NCBI GenBank assembly: GCA_016839605.1
Contig: JAEOTX010000039.1
Location: 21,497 to 85,496 of the forward strand
Source of the DNA: Candidatus Thorarchaeota archaeon
GTDB taxonomy: Archaea > Asgardarchaeota > Thorarchaeia > Thorarchaeales > Thorarchaeaceae
Direction of reading: 5' to 3'
DNA length: 64,000 nt
The notes beneath the pieces were generated by a model. That model had not been told where the DNA came from, made no database searches, and saw only the letters and a list, made by a program, of their open reading frames with translations. The translations under genes were made by a program, and so were the position numbers. Of the stretch, positions 17,027-26,759 are shown piece by piece (position 1 is the stretch's first letter; every line of letters starts with the position of its first letter).

Positions 17027-17434
17027 TTGGCCAGTAAGGTGCATCCAATGGGCGAGGATGAGGAGAAACCTAAGAAATCGAAGAAGAAGAAAGCTGACGA
17101 CTACACGGAGCTTGAATTTGAGCTTGGAGAATTGGAGTTCGAAGCTAAAGGCAAATCGAAAGTAGTAGAGCGTATGTTCTACACACTTCTAGAAAAGCTT
17201 GAAACTGGAAAGCTGAAAGCTATCACAGCTGCTGTCAAGGAGCTTGAAGACGCTGTAGATATGGAGGAAGAAGAAGAGGAGGAGGAAGAGGAAGAGGAGG
17301 AGGAAGAGGAAACAGAAGAGGAAGAGGAATCCGACTCAGAAAGTGAGCCACCTCCGAAATGGGAATCGCTTGATACTGAAACACCTCCCGAGTCAGAACC
17401 TGAGAAAGAAGCTCGTGAATCAGAATCAGAGTAA
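17027..17434 (+). CDS. Highly acidic hypothetical protein with a basic N-terminal patch and a poly-Glu tract (about 25 consecutive E)
   Basis: KKSKKKKADD at the N-terminus, then MEEEEEEEEEEEEEEEETEEEEESDSESE. The DNA carries a (GAR)n tract at about 17264-17339. Confidence 0.55.
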   Translation: MASKVHPMGEDEEKPKKSKKKKADDYTELEFELGELEFEAKGKSKVVERMFYTLLEKLETGKLKAITAAVKELEDAVDMEEEEEEEEEEEEEEEETEEEEESDSESEPPPKWESLDTETPPESEPEKEARESESE

Positions 17435-17508
17435 GGTTGACAGTGCTTAAGAAAATCCTTAAGCCTGATTGAATGATACGTGAAATGCGATTATAGGGAG
17501 AACTGCAA

Positions 17509-18111
17509 ATGAGTCACCATGAGGGAGGACCAGGAGATGAATACTACCTTGACCCCAAGGACGTACTCGCACAATATAGTGTAGAATGGGTTTCACTCCG
17601 GAAATCCTACAGTGAACTCAACGCTCAGTTAGACCAGGTGAAAGCTGAACTCTCAGATCTTGATAGCAAATTGGAGAAAGGAGAGATAACTGAAGGAGAG
17701 CACATTCAGGAATATCGAGAGAAGTGGCGTGTATCAACCCAAATGGTCCAAGTCAAGCGAGAAGTAGAAGGCCGACTTTATGAGATACAGAAAGAAATCC
17801 GCACTGCAAATAGGCAGTTGAAGCAACTCGAAGAAGAAAAGCATCGAAGAGAACGCTTGGAACAAGAAAAAAGCAATGCCATGATTGAGTGGATGTCGCT
17901 GAAACAGGGCTTTGAGTTAGTGGAACAGAAACGCCGTGAGATTACCGCGGAAATGGACAGGATTGAGGTTCAAAGACGAAAGGGCACCATCTCAGAAGAA
18001 GACTATAGAAGCCAACGTGTTGAGCAAATCGGCCAACTGGCTCAGTTGATAACTGTTGAGTCGGATGTAAAGAGAAGACTAGCCGAGCTTCTAGAGATAA
18101 TAAGAAAATGA
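17509..18111 (+). CDS. Hypothetical coiled-coil protein (200 aa)
   Basis: Heptad-like charged and hydrophobic periodicity throughout (LSDLDSKLEKGEI..., QLKQLEEEKHRRERLEQEK). It follows the acidic protein on the same strand. Confidence 0.55.
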   Translation: MSHHEGGPGDEYYLDPKDVLAQYSVEWVSLRKSYSELNAQLDQVKAELSDLDSKLEKGEITEGEHIQEYREKWRVSTQMVQVKREVEGRLYEIQKEIRTANRQLKQLEEEKHRRERLEQEKSNAMIEWMSLKQGFELVEQKRREITAEMDRIEVQRRKGTISEEDYRSQRVEQIGQLAQLITVESDVKRRLAELLEIIRK

Positions 18112-18151
18112 GAAGAGCAGACCCCTGTGGCGGGGCCCGCTAATCTAAGAA

Positions 18152-19498
18152 TTAAGCATAGAATCCTTGAATGATCATTGCATCAGCTACTTTCAGGAAG
18201 CCCGCAATGTTTGCACCGAGGACATAATTGCCTTTGGCACCGAATTTCTCGGAGGTCTTGTATGCATTTTCATGAATGGCAACCATGATGCCATGCAATC
18301 TCTTGTCCACCTCCTCTCGGGTCCAGAAGTATCGCTGACTGTTCTGTGCCATCTCAAGCCCAGATACTGAAACACCGCCCGCGTTGGCAGCCTTTCCGGG
18401 ACCATAGAGCACCTTACCCTCTAGGAAAATCTCAACTGCCTTAGGCACACATGGCATATTAGCGCCCTCACCGACTGCAAGTACGCCATTGTCGACAAGT
18501 GCTTTTGCTTCGTTAGCATCTACTTCGTTTTGAGTTGCACTTGGCAGAGCAATGTCACACTTCAGTTCCCAAGGACTGCCCCCTGCAGTGTAGTCCACCT
18601 TGAAGTGTTCAGCATACTCCTTTATGCGGCCTCTGCGTACGTTCTTTAAATCCATGACCCACGCAAGCTTTTCTCGGTCAATGCCATCCGGGTCATGAAT
18701 CCAGCCGCTTGAGTCACTTAGAGCAATGACTTTCGCACCGAGATCAATGCACTTCTCGGTCGCAAATTGAGCAACATTTCCAGAGCCTGAAACGACTGCG
18801 GTCTTGCCCTTCAGATCTTCGCCCTTAGTCTTCAGCATCTCTTCGACGAAGTAAACGGTGCCATATCCAGTTGCTTCAGGCCGAATAAGTGACCCACCAT
18901 AAGTGGGACCTTTGCCGGTTAGCACGCAGGTTCCATGGACGTTTGTAGCCTTTCTGTATGCACCGTAGAGGTAGCCAATTTCTCGAGCACCTACGCCGAT
19001 GTCACCAGCGGGGATATCAATGAACTGCCCAATATGCCTGTATAACTCAAGCATGAAACTGGTACAGAAATTCTCCACTTCCGCATCTGTTTTGCCCTTG
19101 GGATCAAAATCAGAGCCGCCCTTGCCACCACCCATAGGAAGTGTTGTCAAGCTGTTCTTGAAGACCTGCTCAAAACCGAGGAATTTCAAAACACCTTGAG
19201 TCACCGTGGGGTGGAGCCTAAGCCCGCCTTTGTATGGACCAATGGCACTGTTGAATTGAATCCTGAAGCCCCTATTAACCTGAATCTTGTTATCTCTATC
19301 CTTCCAGGGGATTCGGAACTGGATTATACGCTCCGGCTCGGTAATCCTCTCGAGAATCGAGAATTCCTTATACTTCGGGTATTTCTTTACGGCAGGTTCA
19401 AGAGATTCCAAGACCTCGAGAACTGCTTGATGAAAGACCTTCTGATGTGGGTCTTTCTCAACGACCTTGTTGTATACACTCTCTATGTAGCTATCCAA
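18152..19498 (-). CDS. gdhA: Glutamate dehydrogenase
   Basis: GGGKGGSDFDPKGK (the GDH catalytic Gly-rich/Lys motif), the GSGNVAQ Rossmann dinucleotide motif, 448 aa. Confidence 0.9.
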   Translation of the reverse strand: MDSYIESVYNKVVEKDPHQKVFHQAVLEVLESLEPAVKKYPKYKEFSILERITEPERIIQFRIPWKDRDNKIQVNRGFRIQFNSAIGPYKGGLRLHPTVTQGVLKFLGFEQVFKNSLTTLPMGGGKGGSDFDPKGKTDAEVENFCTSFMLELYRHIGQFIDIPAGDIGVGAREIGYLYGAYRKATNVHGTCVLTGKGPTYGGSLIRPEATGYGTVYFVEEMLKTKGEDLKGKTAVVSGSGNVAQFATEKCIDLGAKVIALSDSSGWIHDPDGIDREKLAWVMDLKNVRRGRIKEYAEHFKVDYTAGGSPWELKCDIALPSATQNEVDANEAKALVDNGVLAVGEGANMPCVPKAVEIFLEGKVLYGPGKAANAGGVSVSGLEMAQNSQRYFWTREEVDKRLHGIMVAIHENAYKTSEKFGAKGNYVLGANIAGFLKVADAMIIQGFYA

Positions 19499-19672
19499 CA
19501 GACCTCACTCACCTATATTGATTGACGAGGCGGGCCGCGTCATGGCTTCCACATAAATGAATCGGATGTGGCTCAATGTTTCAATAATACTCCATGAGCA
19601 CAATTCATCTGATTTTCTTGCTCAATGTAATGATAAGAACAGTCATTAGCCAAGGGCTATCGTGTGTAAGTC

Positions 19673-20341
19673 ATGGTTGATTTCGAGCAGGAATGGATTT
19701 CTCCGATTCTTGAGGTATACAAGAAGGATGCTCAGATTAATGAAGTGAGTATCATCCTAGGCTTGAATCCGATAGGGCAGTCAATTTGTCGTCGGCTCTA
19801 TGAACATAACACGTTTGAAACTGTTCTTGTCTTCAATTCCCCCTCGTTCTCAACATGGACTAGATATCCGACAGAAATGAAACCTCCTGTTGTTCCAGTC
19901 CAAGCGATGATTTCTGATGACTTGATGCTGATATTTGGTGATGTCATAATACGAGAGTATGAATGGGCAACAGACATGCTGTTCTACCTGCGAGGGAAAG
20001 TCCCAACGAGATTCATCATCGCTCTAATGACACACGATGCAGCAACATGTGGCCAAGTGATGTCATCAAAAGGTAATCGCCTTCTGAAGAGAATAGGAGT
20101 CCCTCTAGGTAAATCCGACTTCTATGATGGTCTGACAGCGCCACTACTAGGCATAGGGCCAGTTGCAGGCCTAGATCCGGTTGTACTGTTTCTGGAGAGA
20201 TCAGCTGATACTGATTCTATCCTTCAGGTGGATGACATGACAATCCATCAAGGAGATGTGGAAAAAGGGCTAGCTCTTCTTGACAAAGGACTCGATCTCA
20301 ATATGCCAGGCGTCCCAGGGTATGGGTCCGAATCTAGCTAA
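19673..20341 (+). CDS. PAC2-family protein (proteasome assembly chaperone-like; COG1938 'ATP-grasp superfamily' archaeal protein)
   Basis: Size and pattern (ILGLNPIGQ..., LIFGDVII..., PLLGIGPVAGLD...) resemble the archaeal PAC2/DUF75 family. Assigned by eye only. Confidence 0.5.
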   Translation: MVDFEQEWISPILEVYKKDAQINEVSIILGLNPIGQSICRRLYEHNTFETVLVFNSPSFSTWTRYPTEMKPPVVPVQAMISDDLMLIFGDVIIREYEWATDMLFYLRGKVPTRFIIALMTHDAATCGQVMSSKGNRLLKRIGVPLGKSDFYDGLTAPLLGIGPVAGLDPVVLFLERSADTDSILQVDDMTIHQGDVEKGLALLDKGLDLNMPGVPGYGSESS

Positions 20342-21063
20342 TTCTGCTCATCCGACTTACTCGTCTGACCATAACCCGTACGATCGCGAGCATGTCTTGA
20401 TGAGTCAGCTCGAGTGACTGGATCATTGCCCATCTTGATATCACAGTCCTCACACATCAGCGCTCTGGTGCTCTTTGCATCTACAATTCTCCCGCAAGAG
20501 ATGCATGCCCATAGTCCTGACTGAAGCATCATCGTTTTGCGAAATACAAGCCGAGCTAGTTCCTTCAAATCTGGCGGACAGTCCTTTGCTACACCAATCA
20601 CTCCCTCTTCAGACCATTCACAGATTACTGAAACTAGTGTAGTGGTTAGCTCGATTATTCTGGTTGTGAGGTCCTCAATCTCGGTGGAGGTCTCTGACTT
20701 AACATCCTTTGGAGCTTGAGGAACAGAAGATAGAACCTCGAGGAATGCAAAAAAGGCAGGAGCTGGGAATCGATCCTTTCCCTTCGCTTCAACCATTTGA
20801 CCCAGAACTGCGGAGATCATCAGTGTTTGCGTATAATCTTCCTTCAAGATTTTCTCAATCTCACTCATTGTCTTTCGCGCGTTGATTTGGTATTCCTTAG
20901 AATCAAGGCCATGTTTCTTTGCCAGCGCTTCCACAGCTTCAATAAGTCCCTCACCCTTCATCATAGCCTCATTCACCCTCTTGGCTATGGTCTTGTAAGG
21001 TAGCCCTGTATCATGGGCAATCTTCTGTAGGAGGTCTCTAGCTGTCAGACTCAACAGATACAC
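20338..21063 (-). CDS. Hypothetical protein with C-terminal zinc ribbon (CISCG...CEDCD) and a helical N-terminal domain
   Basis: Complete ORF with a 4-nt overlap at the convergent end with the PAC2-like gene. No family recognised. Confidence 0.5.
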   Translation of the reverse strand: MYLLSLTARDLLQKIAHDTGLPYKTIAKRVNEAMMKGEGLIEAVEALAKKHGLDSKEYQINARKTMSEIEKILKEDYTQTLMISAVLGQMVEAKGKDRFPAPAFFAFLEVLSSVPQAPKDVKSETSTEIEDLTTRIIELTTTLVSVICEWSEEGVIGVAKDCPPDLKELARLVFRKTMMLQSGLWACISCGRIVDAKSTRALMCEDCDIKMGNDPVTRADSSRHARDRTGYGQTSKSDEQN

Positions 21064-21143
21064 ATACCTAATGATGACAGACTTAAGCGAGGGTACAATC
21101 TTTTAGTGAGTTTGTAAGACATTTGTGGGCGAGTGAACTATAG

Positions 21144-21689
21144 ATGATGTTATCGGATGTCGACATTGAGAAGGCGATGGAAAAGGGCTCAATAGTCATT
21201 GATCCCTTCACGCCCGATTCGCTGGGTCCTTGTAGTATAGATCTCAAGCTAGACAGCATTTTTCGAATTTATAATCCAGGCGCACCAATTGATGTGGAGA
21301 ATAGGGACGCGTTGGATAGAGACACGAAGCTTGTGGACACAGAAGGCGAGCCGTTTATGATCCTCCCAGGACAATTCATTCTTGGGCAGACGGTTGAACG
21401 AATCAGAATAGGCTCCAATTATGCAGCACTCCTTGAAGGGAGGTCCAGCGTTGCAAGGCTAGGAATCATTGTCCACGCAGCAGGATTAGTGAACCCAGGA
21501 ACAGGACTGAAGAAACCAGGTAGGCTTACCCTGGAGATCTATTGTGAAAACCTCAGTCCTGTTCTCCTTCGACCCGGAATGCTAATTGTACAGATTATGT
21601 TCGTCCCTCTAAGTAGTCCCGCAAGACGTGGATACGATGAACGATCTGAGAGTCGGTACATAGGACAGGACCGTCCTGATGTTGCGTAG
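21144..21689 (+). CDS. dcd: dCTP deaminase (dUTPase superfamily)
   Basis: MLSD.DI......G.I.I.PF......P.S.DL.L matches the dCTP deaminase N-terminus. About 180 aa. Confidence 0.85.
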   Translation: MMLSDVDIEKAMEKGSIVIDPFTPDSLGPCSIDLKLDSIFRIYNPGAPIDVENRDALDRDTKLVDTEGEPFMILPGQFILGQTVERIRIGSNYAALLEGRSSVARLGIIVHAAGLVNPGTGLKKPGRLTLEIYCENLSPVLLRPGMLIVQIMFVPLSSPARRGYDERSESRYIGQDRPDVA

Positions 21690-21742
21690 AAAGGCAAAGT
21701 ATCTTAAAGGGACGAAGTCCGCCACAAGGTCGGCGGTCGAAC

Positions 21743-22753
21743 ATGAAGGATTACGACGTGGTCCTTGCAAGTGGAGCTGAACATCTTAGAGAGCGCTTCG
21801 AAGAACATGGTTTCCGCGTGTTTACTTCGAATCTCAACTATGACAGCAGGCGCCTTTTCCCCAATACTGATATCTATGCGAGAATTAGCAGAGTTTCTGA
21901 GCTGTCTAATCGCAAAGTAGTTGTCGTCCAAAGCTGTACTGGTGCGGGGCCTGCTGAATTTGAACGCTACACTACATCAGACCGAGTTCTTGAATTGCTG
22001 CTGCTTCTTGACATCCTAGCACAGCCTGTAGAGGTTGAGAAGATAGGACACAAGAAGTTCAAGGAAACTCCAATTGATCCTCCTTCTAGGATAGAAGTAG
22101 TCCTAACGTTTCAACCATTTGCACTTCAGGACAAGTCGTTCTTGACTGGCGAAGCTTCTGCTGGAAGATGGGCCACTCGACAAATAGCAAATGCCTGCGA
22201 TAAGATATGGGTTGTAAATCCACATGCACCTGATAATCTACCATGGGTGAAAGACCTTACTGACAAGGGAATATACCAAGAAATTGACATTATTCCGGAT
22301 CTCATAGATTTCGGTCGTGAGAAATTTGGTTTTACAGATTGCCTCGTGGTCACCCCCGACGAAGGTGCCAAGCAGCGCTATGACATTGAGGGATTTGGCA
22401 AGAAACGAACCAATTCGTACTGTGTAGAGCTCCATGGAGATCTTGATGTGAAAGGAAAGCAAGTCATTGTTATTGACGACCTCACCAAGAGTGGTAGCAC
22501 CTTGTTGAAAGCTGCAGAACGACTCTATTCCCTTGGTGCATCTGATGTAGGAATGGTTGTGGCACACGTTGTTCCACTTAGAGATAGAGGAGAGAAACTC
22601 CTAAGCGCCTTGATAGACAAGAGCAAGGAGAGAATCGTGACAACCAACACAGTTAGAACTCATGCATTTTGTGAGGATGAACCTAGTTTCACTTACAATA
22701 TAGTAGACACACTTGTCAAAGAACTACAAACTCACGGGCTAAAACCTACTTAA
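21743..22753 (+). CDS. Ribose-phosphate pyrophosphokinase-like protein (PRPP synthetase architecture, divergent N-terminal domain)
   Basis: KVVVVQSCTGAGPAE, LELLLLLDILAQ (compare Prs mELLimiDAl), VVTPDEGAKQR (compare vVsPDxGgvxRA), and the type I PRTase motif VIVIDDLTKSGSTL. The canonical FxDGE motif is not obvious. Confidence 0.6.
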   Translation: MKDYDVVLASGAEHLRERFEEHGFRVFTSNLNYDSRRLFPNTDIYARISRVSELSNRKVVVVQSCTGAGPAEFERYTTSDRVLELLLLLDILAQPVEVEKIGHKKFKETPIDPPSRIEVVLTFQPFALQDKSFLTGEASAGRWATRQIANACDKIWVVNPHAPDNLPWVKDLTDKGIYQEIDIIPDLIDFGREKFGFTDCLVVTPDEGAKQRYDIEGFGKKRTNSYCVELHGDLDVKGKQVIVIDDLTKSGSTLLKAAERLYSLGASDVGMVVAHVVPLRDRGEKLLSALIDKSKERIVTTNTVRTHAFCEDEPSFTYNIVDTLVKELQTHGLKPT

Positions 22754-22983
22754 TCGACATAGTCTTCAGCGTTGGATTTTGCGGCCCAGGCTTTTTCTGT
22801 GGCTCGTTCAACTAAGTCGCGCGTTTCCAGGTCATTGAGGGCCATGATGACCTCGTTTTGATTGCATTCTATGTGTCGTCTTTGAAGAGTCCTTGTTATT
22901 GCGGCCGCTCTATGATTGTCTTCTAGAATGAGTGCAAGTATTTCACGCTGCAGTTCAGTAATCTCTTCACTCATATTCAACAC
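22750..22983 (-). CDS. Small putative winged-helix DNA-binding protein (77 aa)
   Basis: LQREILALILEDNHRAAAITRTL...EVIMALNDLETRDLVE resembles small HTH/wH regulators. Weak call. Confidence 0.35.
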   Translation of the reverse strand: MLNMSEEITELQREILALILEDNHRAAAITRTLQRRHIECNQNEVIMALNDLETRDLVERATEKAWAAKSNAEDYVD

Positions 22984-23097
22984 TGAACCACGCCCTCCGC
23001 AGGGCTCTTTTAAGGCTATCTCTAGACAAAATCATTTCTCCTGCCATCGAAATGCTTTTCTTGTATACAGACAGGGCGCCTGTGGGTTGGTAGATGG

Positions 23098-23841
23098 ATG
23101 GAAAATGACAAGGAATACCACATTGATATCGCACCTGGAGAAATACCTGAACTCGTACTACTACCTGGAGACCCAGACAGATCACGTCTAATCGCTGAGC
23201 AGTTCTTCGACAAGCCAGTTGAGGTTGCAAAGAAACGTGAATACTGGAGCTTCAAAGGCACTTACAAGGGAGTGCCTGTCGGAGTCTGCTCGACGGGAAT
23301 AGGTTGTCCTTCTGCTGCTATTGCTATTGAAGAGCTAGTGAAAGTTGGATGCAAGGTTTTCGTTCGAGTAGGAACAGCTGGTGCGATAAACCCGAACCTA
23401 AAAGCAGGAGATGTAATCATTTTCACAGGGGCCGTCAGAGATGATGGAACATCAAGACAGTACGTTCCCCTTGAGTTTCCAGCGATCGCAGACCCGGAGG
23501 TTGTAATAGCACTCACGCGGGCTGCGGATAAGCGGGGTACGAAATACTATGCAGGGATTGGGCATAGTAAGGACTCATTCTATAGTGAGTACCCAGACCT
23601 AGTTGCTAATCCTGAAGCAATGAGAGAGCATTGGGAGTCAATGAAGAGAGCAAATGTCCTAGCCACTGAGATGGAGTCGGCGGCACTCTTTGTTATCGGT
23701 CACCTTCGTGGAGTAAAGGTGGGAACAATCTGTGTTATTGTAGGTGAGAATATCGAGAAGGAAGCCAAGATTGTTGGAAAGCCACCCCTTGACGACCTTG
23801 TAACAATTGCACTTGATGCAATGATAGGACTGAAGCAATAG
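23098..23841 (+). CDS. Purine/uridine nucleoside phosphorylase (PNP/UDP family 1, DeoD/Udp-type)
   Basis: LPGDPDR...GTGIGCPSAAIAIEEL...RVGTAGA...SRQY...TEMESAALF matches PNP-UDP_1 family signatures. Confidence 0.85.
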   Translation: MENDKEYHIDIAPGEIPELVLLPGDPDRSRLIAEQFFDKPVEVAKKREYWSFKGTYKGVPVGVCSTGIGCPSAAIAIEELVKVGCKVFVRVGTAGAINPNLKAGDVIIFTGAVRDDGTSRQYVPLEFPAIADPEVVIALTRAADKRGTKYYAGIGHSKDSFYSEYPDLVANPEAMREHWESMKRANVLATEMESAALFVIGHLRGVKVGTICVIVGENIEKEAKIVGKPPLDDLVTIALDAMIGLKQ

Positions 23842-23867
23842 AAGAGCCCAGATGAGGCGCTTCTGCT

Positions 23868-24656
23868 TTAGATTCCGCCGAACCACACTTTCTTCTGCAC
23901 AGCCATATGGAGATTCTCAGCTGTAGCCTTGTCAAGCCCAGTCGTAAGCGCGAGCTGTTCCGCGCTTGTAGCTACGATGTCAGTCACATTTGCATAGCCA
24001 GCATTGAATATTGCAGTTATAGTGGGATCGGGGATTCCTAGCTCCATGAGTAGGCTGCGAAGTTCCACTTTGCTGGTTTCGTCTGAGGCAGGCGGCTTTA
24101 CTCCAGGCAGTTCTTGTTCGAGTGGATCCTCAGTCATAGGTGGGATTTCAGCTCCAGGGGGACCTTCGGATGGTGCAGGTGCATCCGGTGTAGTCGGAGC
24201 AGTTGGCTTTCGTACTGCGACTCCGCTATGATCTGCAATAAATGATGGTCGCAGCAGTACGAGGCCAGTTATGACCATTACAATGAGTAAGGGAACAAAC
24301 AAAATGCTGTCTATGTCTAAACCAATCAATGTGCCACCAGGACCAGGTGCCAGCAATCCATTCACTATCCCTTCGAAAATGAGATCTGTCCAAGAGTCAC
24401 CGGATAGATCTGTGGCTAAGAAGAGCCAGAGTGGAGAGAAGAGAGCGAACCCTCCTGTTTCGAATATGATGAACTCTCGAAATTGGTCCCTTCGTCTAGC
24501 GTAGACAATCAAGGGAGGAATAAGTGCAATGCCCAAGGAAATGAAAAACCAAGTAACATACAATGACCAATCTCCTGTTACTTTGGGGATTATACTACCA
24601 ATGAAGATGATGCCGGGGAGAAGCGCACCTATGAAGACACCGAAGCCATATCGCAT
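23868..24656 (-). CDS. Membrane protein (about 4 TM) with Pro-rich linker and C-terminal (HhH)2 ComEA-like DNA-binding domain
   Basis: N-terminal hydrophobic helices, PTAPTTPDAPAPSEGPPGAEIPP linker, and a C-terminal LGIPDPTITAIFNAGYANVTDIVATSAEQLA...GLDKATAENL pair of helix-hairpin-helix motifs. Confidence 0.5.
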   Translation of the reverse strand: MRYGFGVFIGALLPGIIFIGSIIPKVTGDWSLYVTWFFISLGIALIPPLIVYARRRDQFREFIIFETGGFALFSPLWLFLATDLSGDSWTDLIFEGIVNGLLAPGPGGTLIGLDIDSILFVPLLIVMVITGLVLLRPSFIADHSGVAVRKPTAPTTPDAPAPSEGPPGAEIPPMTEDPLEQELPGVKPPASDETSKVELRSLLMELGIPDPTITAIFNAGYANVTDIVATSAEQLALTTGLDKATAENLHMAVQKKVWFGGI

Positions 24657-24818
24657 GGTCCTAACTCACCTCTGTCACGCTGGAACGAATCAGAATACTG
24701 TCCTCGTTCTTTTAGGTGTTTTGAGAATGTATGTCCCAATGTAAATTGCATACATAAGAGGGCCAAGGAGCATCATCCTTATGAGCTATTAGCAGCCATT
24801 TTTGGCTGGATGATCTGA

Positions 24819-25904
24819 TTGAGACCTTTCATCATTGTGGGTACACGGCCAGAGATTGTCAAGATGGCACCCATTATTTATGAGTGTGAGTCTCGAGGAA
24901 TCGACTATTATTTCCTTCATACCGGACAGCACTATTCAGAGTCAATGAGCGGCTTGTTTCTTGATGAGATGGACCTGCGTACACCGGACAGGAATCTAGA
25001 CGTTGGTTCTGGGTCTCAGTCGGAGCAAACTGCTCAAGCGCTTGTAGGCATTGAGAAAGAACTTCTCAGAGAAAAGCCGGATGTAGTTCTGGTTCAAGGT
25101 GACACAAACACAGTTCTTTCAGCTACTCTCGCTGCTGCGAAACTGAGGATACCAGTAGCCCATATTGAGGCAGGTCTCAGAAGCTACGATACACGAATGC
25201 CAGAGGAACATAACAGGCGCCTGACTGACCATGCGTCTGATTATCTCTTTGCTCCAACAGAGAACTCGGCAGAAATACTCAGGAAGGAGAATGTGTGGGG
25301 TAGAATCTTTGTCACGGGTAATACTGTGATTGACGCCCTTGAAAACCGACTCCCTGTAGCTTTGAAGCGAATGAACCGAGCTCTCACCAAGGGACTTGAT
25401 TCTTTTGCATTACTAACTCTGCATAGAGCAGAGAACGTGGATGATAAGAATGTACTAGAGGGTTTGATAGAGGGTCTAATCTCCCTTGAAATGTCCATTC
25501 TGTTCCCTGCGCATCCGAGGAGTATAAAACAGCTGACTAAGTTTGGACTCATGTCCAGAATCAAGAGTGGCGGATTGATACGAATAATTGAGCCTGTTGG
25601 CTATCTGGACTTCCTCTCATTGCAGAAAAGATGCTCCTTCATATTGACCGATTCTGGTGGAATTCAAGAAGAAGCAACCGCTCCGTCAATTAACAAGAAA
25701 GTCTTCGTTCTAAGAACTTCCACAGAAAGACCTGAAGCGGTAGATTCGGGACATGCTGTTGTTGTTGGTGTGAATCCTGAGAAGTTTCCGAACATGATCA
25801 GAAATGGCATTAAAGAGGGCTTGGATGAAGAGAGACGGTGTCCATATGGTGAAGGTGATGCCTCAAAGAAGATCATGAATATCCTCGGCAAAGACTTTGA
25901 TTAA
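24819..25904 (+). CDS. wecB: UDP-N-acetylglucosamine 2-epimerase (non-hydrolysing)
   Basis: IIVGTRPEIVKMAP...HTGQHY...VLVQGDTNTVLSATLAA...IPVAHIEAGLRSYD are canonical WecB/MnaA motifs. Confidence 0.85.
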   Translation: MRPFIIVGTRPEIVKMAPIIYECESRGIDYYFLHTGQHYSESMSGLFLDEMDLRTPDRNLDVGSGSQSEQTAQALVGIEKELLREKPDVVLVQGDTNTVLSATLAAAKLRIPVAHIEAGLRSYDTRMPEEHNRRLTDHASDYLFAPTENSAEILRKENVWGRIFVTGNTVIDALENRLPVALKRMNRALTKGLDSFALLTLHRAENVDDKNVLEGLIEGLISLEMSILFPAHPRSIKQLTKFGLMSRIKSGGLIRIIEPVGYLDFLSLQKRCSFILTDSGGIQEEATAPSINKKVFVLRTSTERPEAVDSGHAVVVGVNPEKFPNMIRNGIKEGLDEERRCPYGEGDASKKIMNILGKDFD

Positions 25905-25979
25905 CAAAGACATGTTTGTTCCGTCAGTCTTATCTTCAAACAAAGTTACGCCAACAAGGCATCCATGGAGAGATAGATC

Positions 25980-26759
25980 TTGCGAAAAGTCTGCCTTACA
26001 AACGATGACGGTCCGTACAGTAGCGGTTTACTGATGCTTGCTGAAACGCTAGCGTCCCATGTAGATGTGGTGATAGTAGTGCCAGACGGCGAACGCAGCG
26101 CGTCAGGTAAGGCACTGACTCTGAATAGGCCCTTGCGTGTAAAGAAGGTGAAGAGTGCAAATGGTTTTGAGATGATCACTCACGACGGATCACCAGCGGA
26201 TTCAGTTGTACTTGCAAGATGCCTTATTGACGAGATAGACCTCTTTGTTTCTGGAATCAATGCGGGAGCCAATCTAGGATACCAGAGCATGTTCACTAGT
26301 GGAACAGTGGGCGCTGCGATGGAAGCAGCCTTAATGGGATTCCCGGCAATTGCAGCATCTCTTGTTGTTGAGCCCAATGAATGGTTCAACAGTGCAGACA
26401 AAGAGCGAGACTACTCTAGGATTTGCGAAGTGATTCGGGATATAGTCCTTAGAGTGCTGAACAAGGGGCTTCCGAAAGGGATTGATGCACTCAATCTGAA
26501 CTTTCCATTATCCATATCTGAAACGAGCAAAGTAGTCGTGGCAAAGCCAGCAAGAGTTAGGATAAGTAACGAGCTGGATAAGAGAGTAGATCCTAACCAG
26601 AGCCCGTACTATTGGCTTAAGGGAATTCACAATGACCCATCAGATGGTTCGGATGCAGATGTTGTTTTGAATAATGGGAACATCTCTTTATCACCTATCA
26701 TCATCGAAGCTGTCGCAGAAAATGACATTGAGAGGCTCAGTGACTTTATGTCCGATTGA
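25980..26759 (+). CDS. surE: 5'/3'-nucleotidase SurE
   Basis: VCLTNDDGPYSSGL...VVVPDGERSASG...SGINAGANLG matches the SurE signature (NDDG, SGxxxGxN). Confidence 0.85.
   Translation: MRKVCLTNDDGPYSSGLLMLAETLASHVDVVIVVPDGERSASGKALTLNRPLRVKKVKSANGFEMITHDGSPADSVVLARCLIDEIDLFVSGINAGANLGYQSMFTSGTVGAAMEAALMGFPAIAASLVVEPNEWFNSADKERDYSRICEVIRDIVLRVLNKGLPKGIDALNLNFPLSISETSKVVVAKPARVRISNELDKRVDPNQSPYYWLKGIHNDPSDGSDADVVLNNGNISLSPIIIEAVAENDIERLSDFMSD

Noticed and set aside
17264-17339. (GAR)n repeat and the acidic tracts at 35520-35640, considered as a possible CRISPR or satellite array
   Set aside because: These are simple codon-level repeats encoding poly-Glu inside ORFs. There are no spacer-repeat periodicity and no cas genes. 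No CRISPR array is present in the window.
20338-20341. 4-nt overlap of convergent genes (PAC2-like and Zn-ribbon protein), considered as a sign of frameshift or pseudogene
   Set aside because: Short stop-codon overlaps of convergent genes are common in compact archaeal genomes. Both ORFs are full-length with sensible termini.
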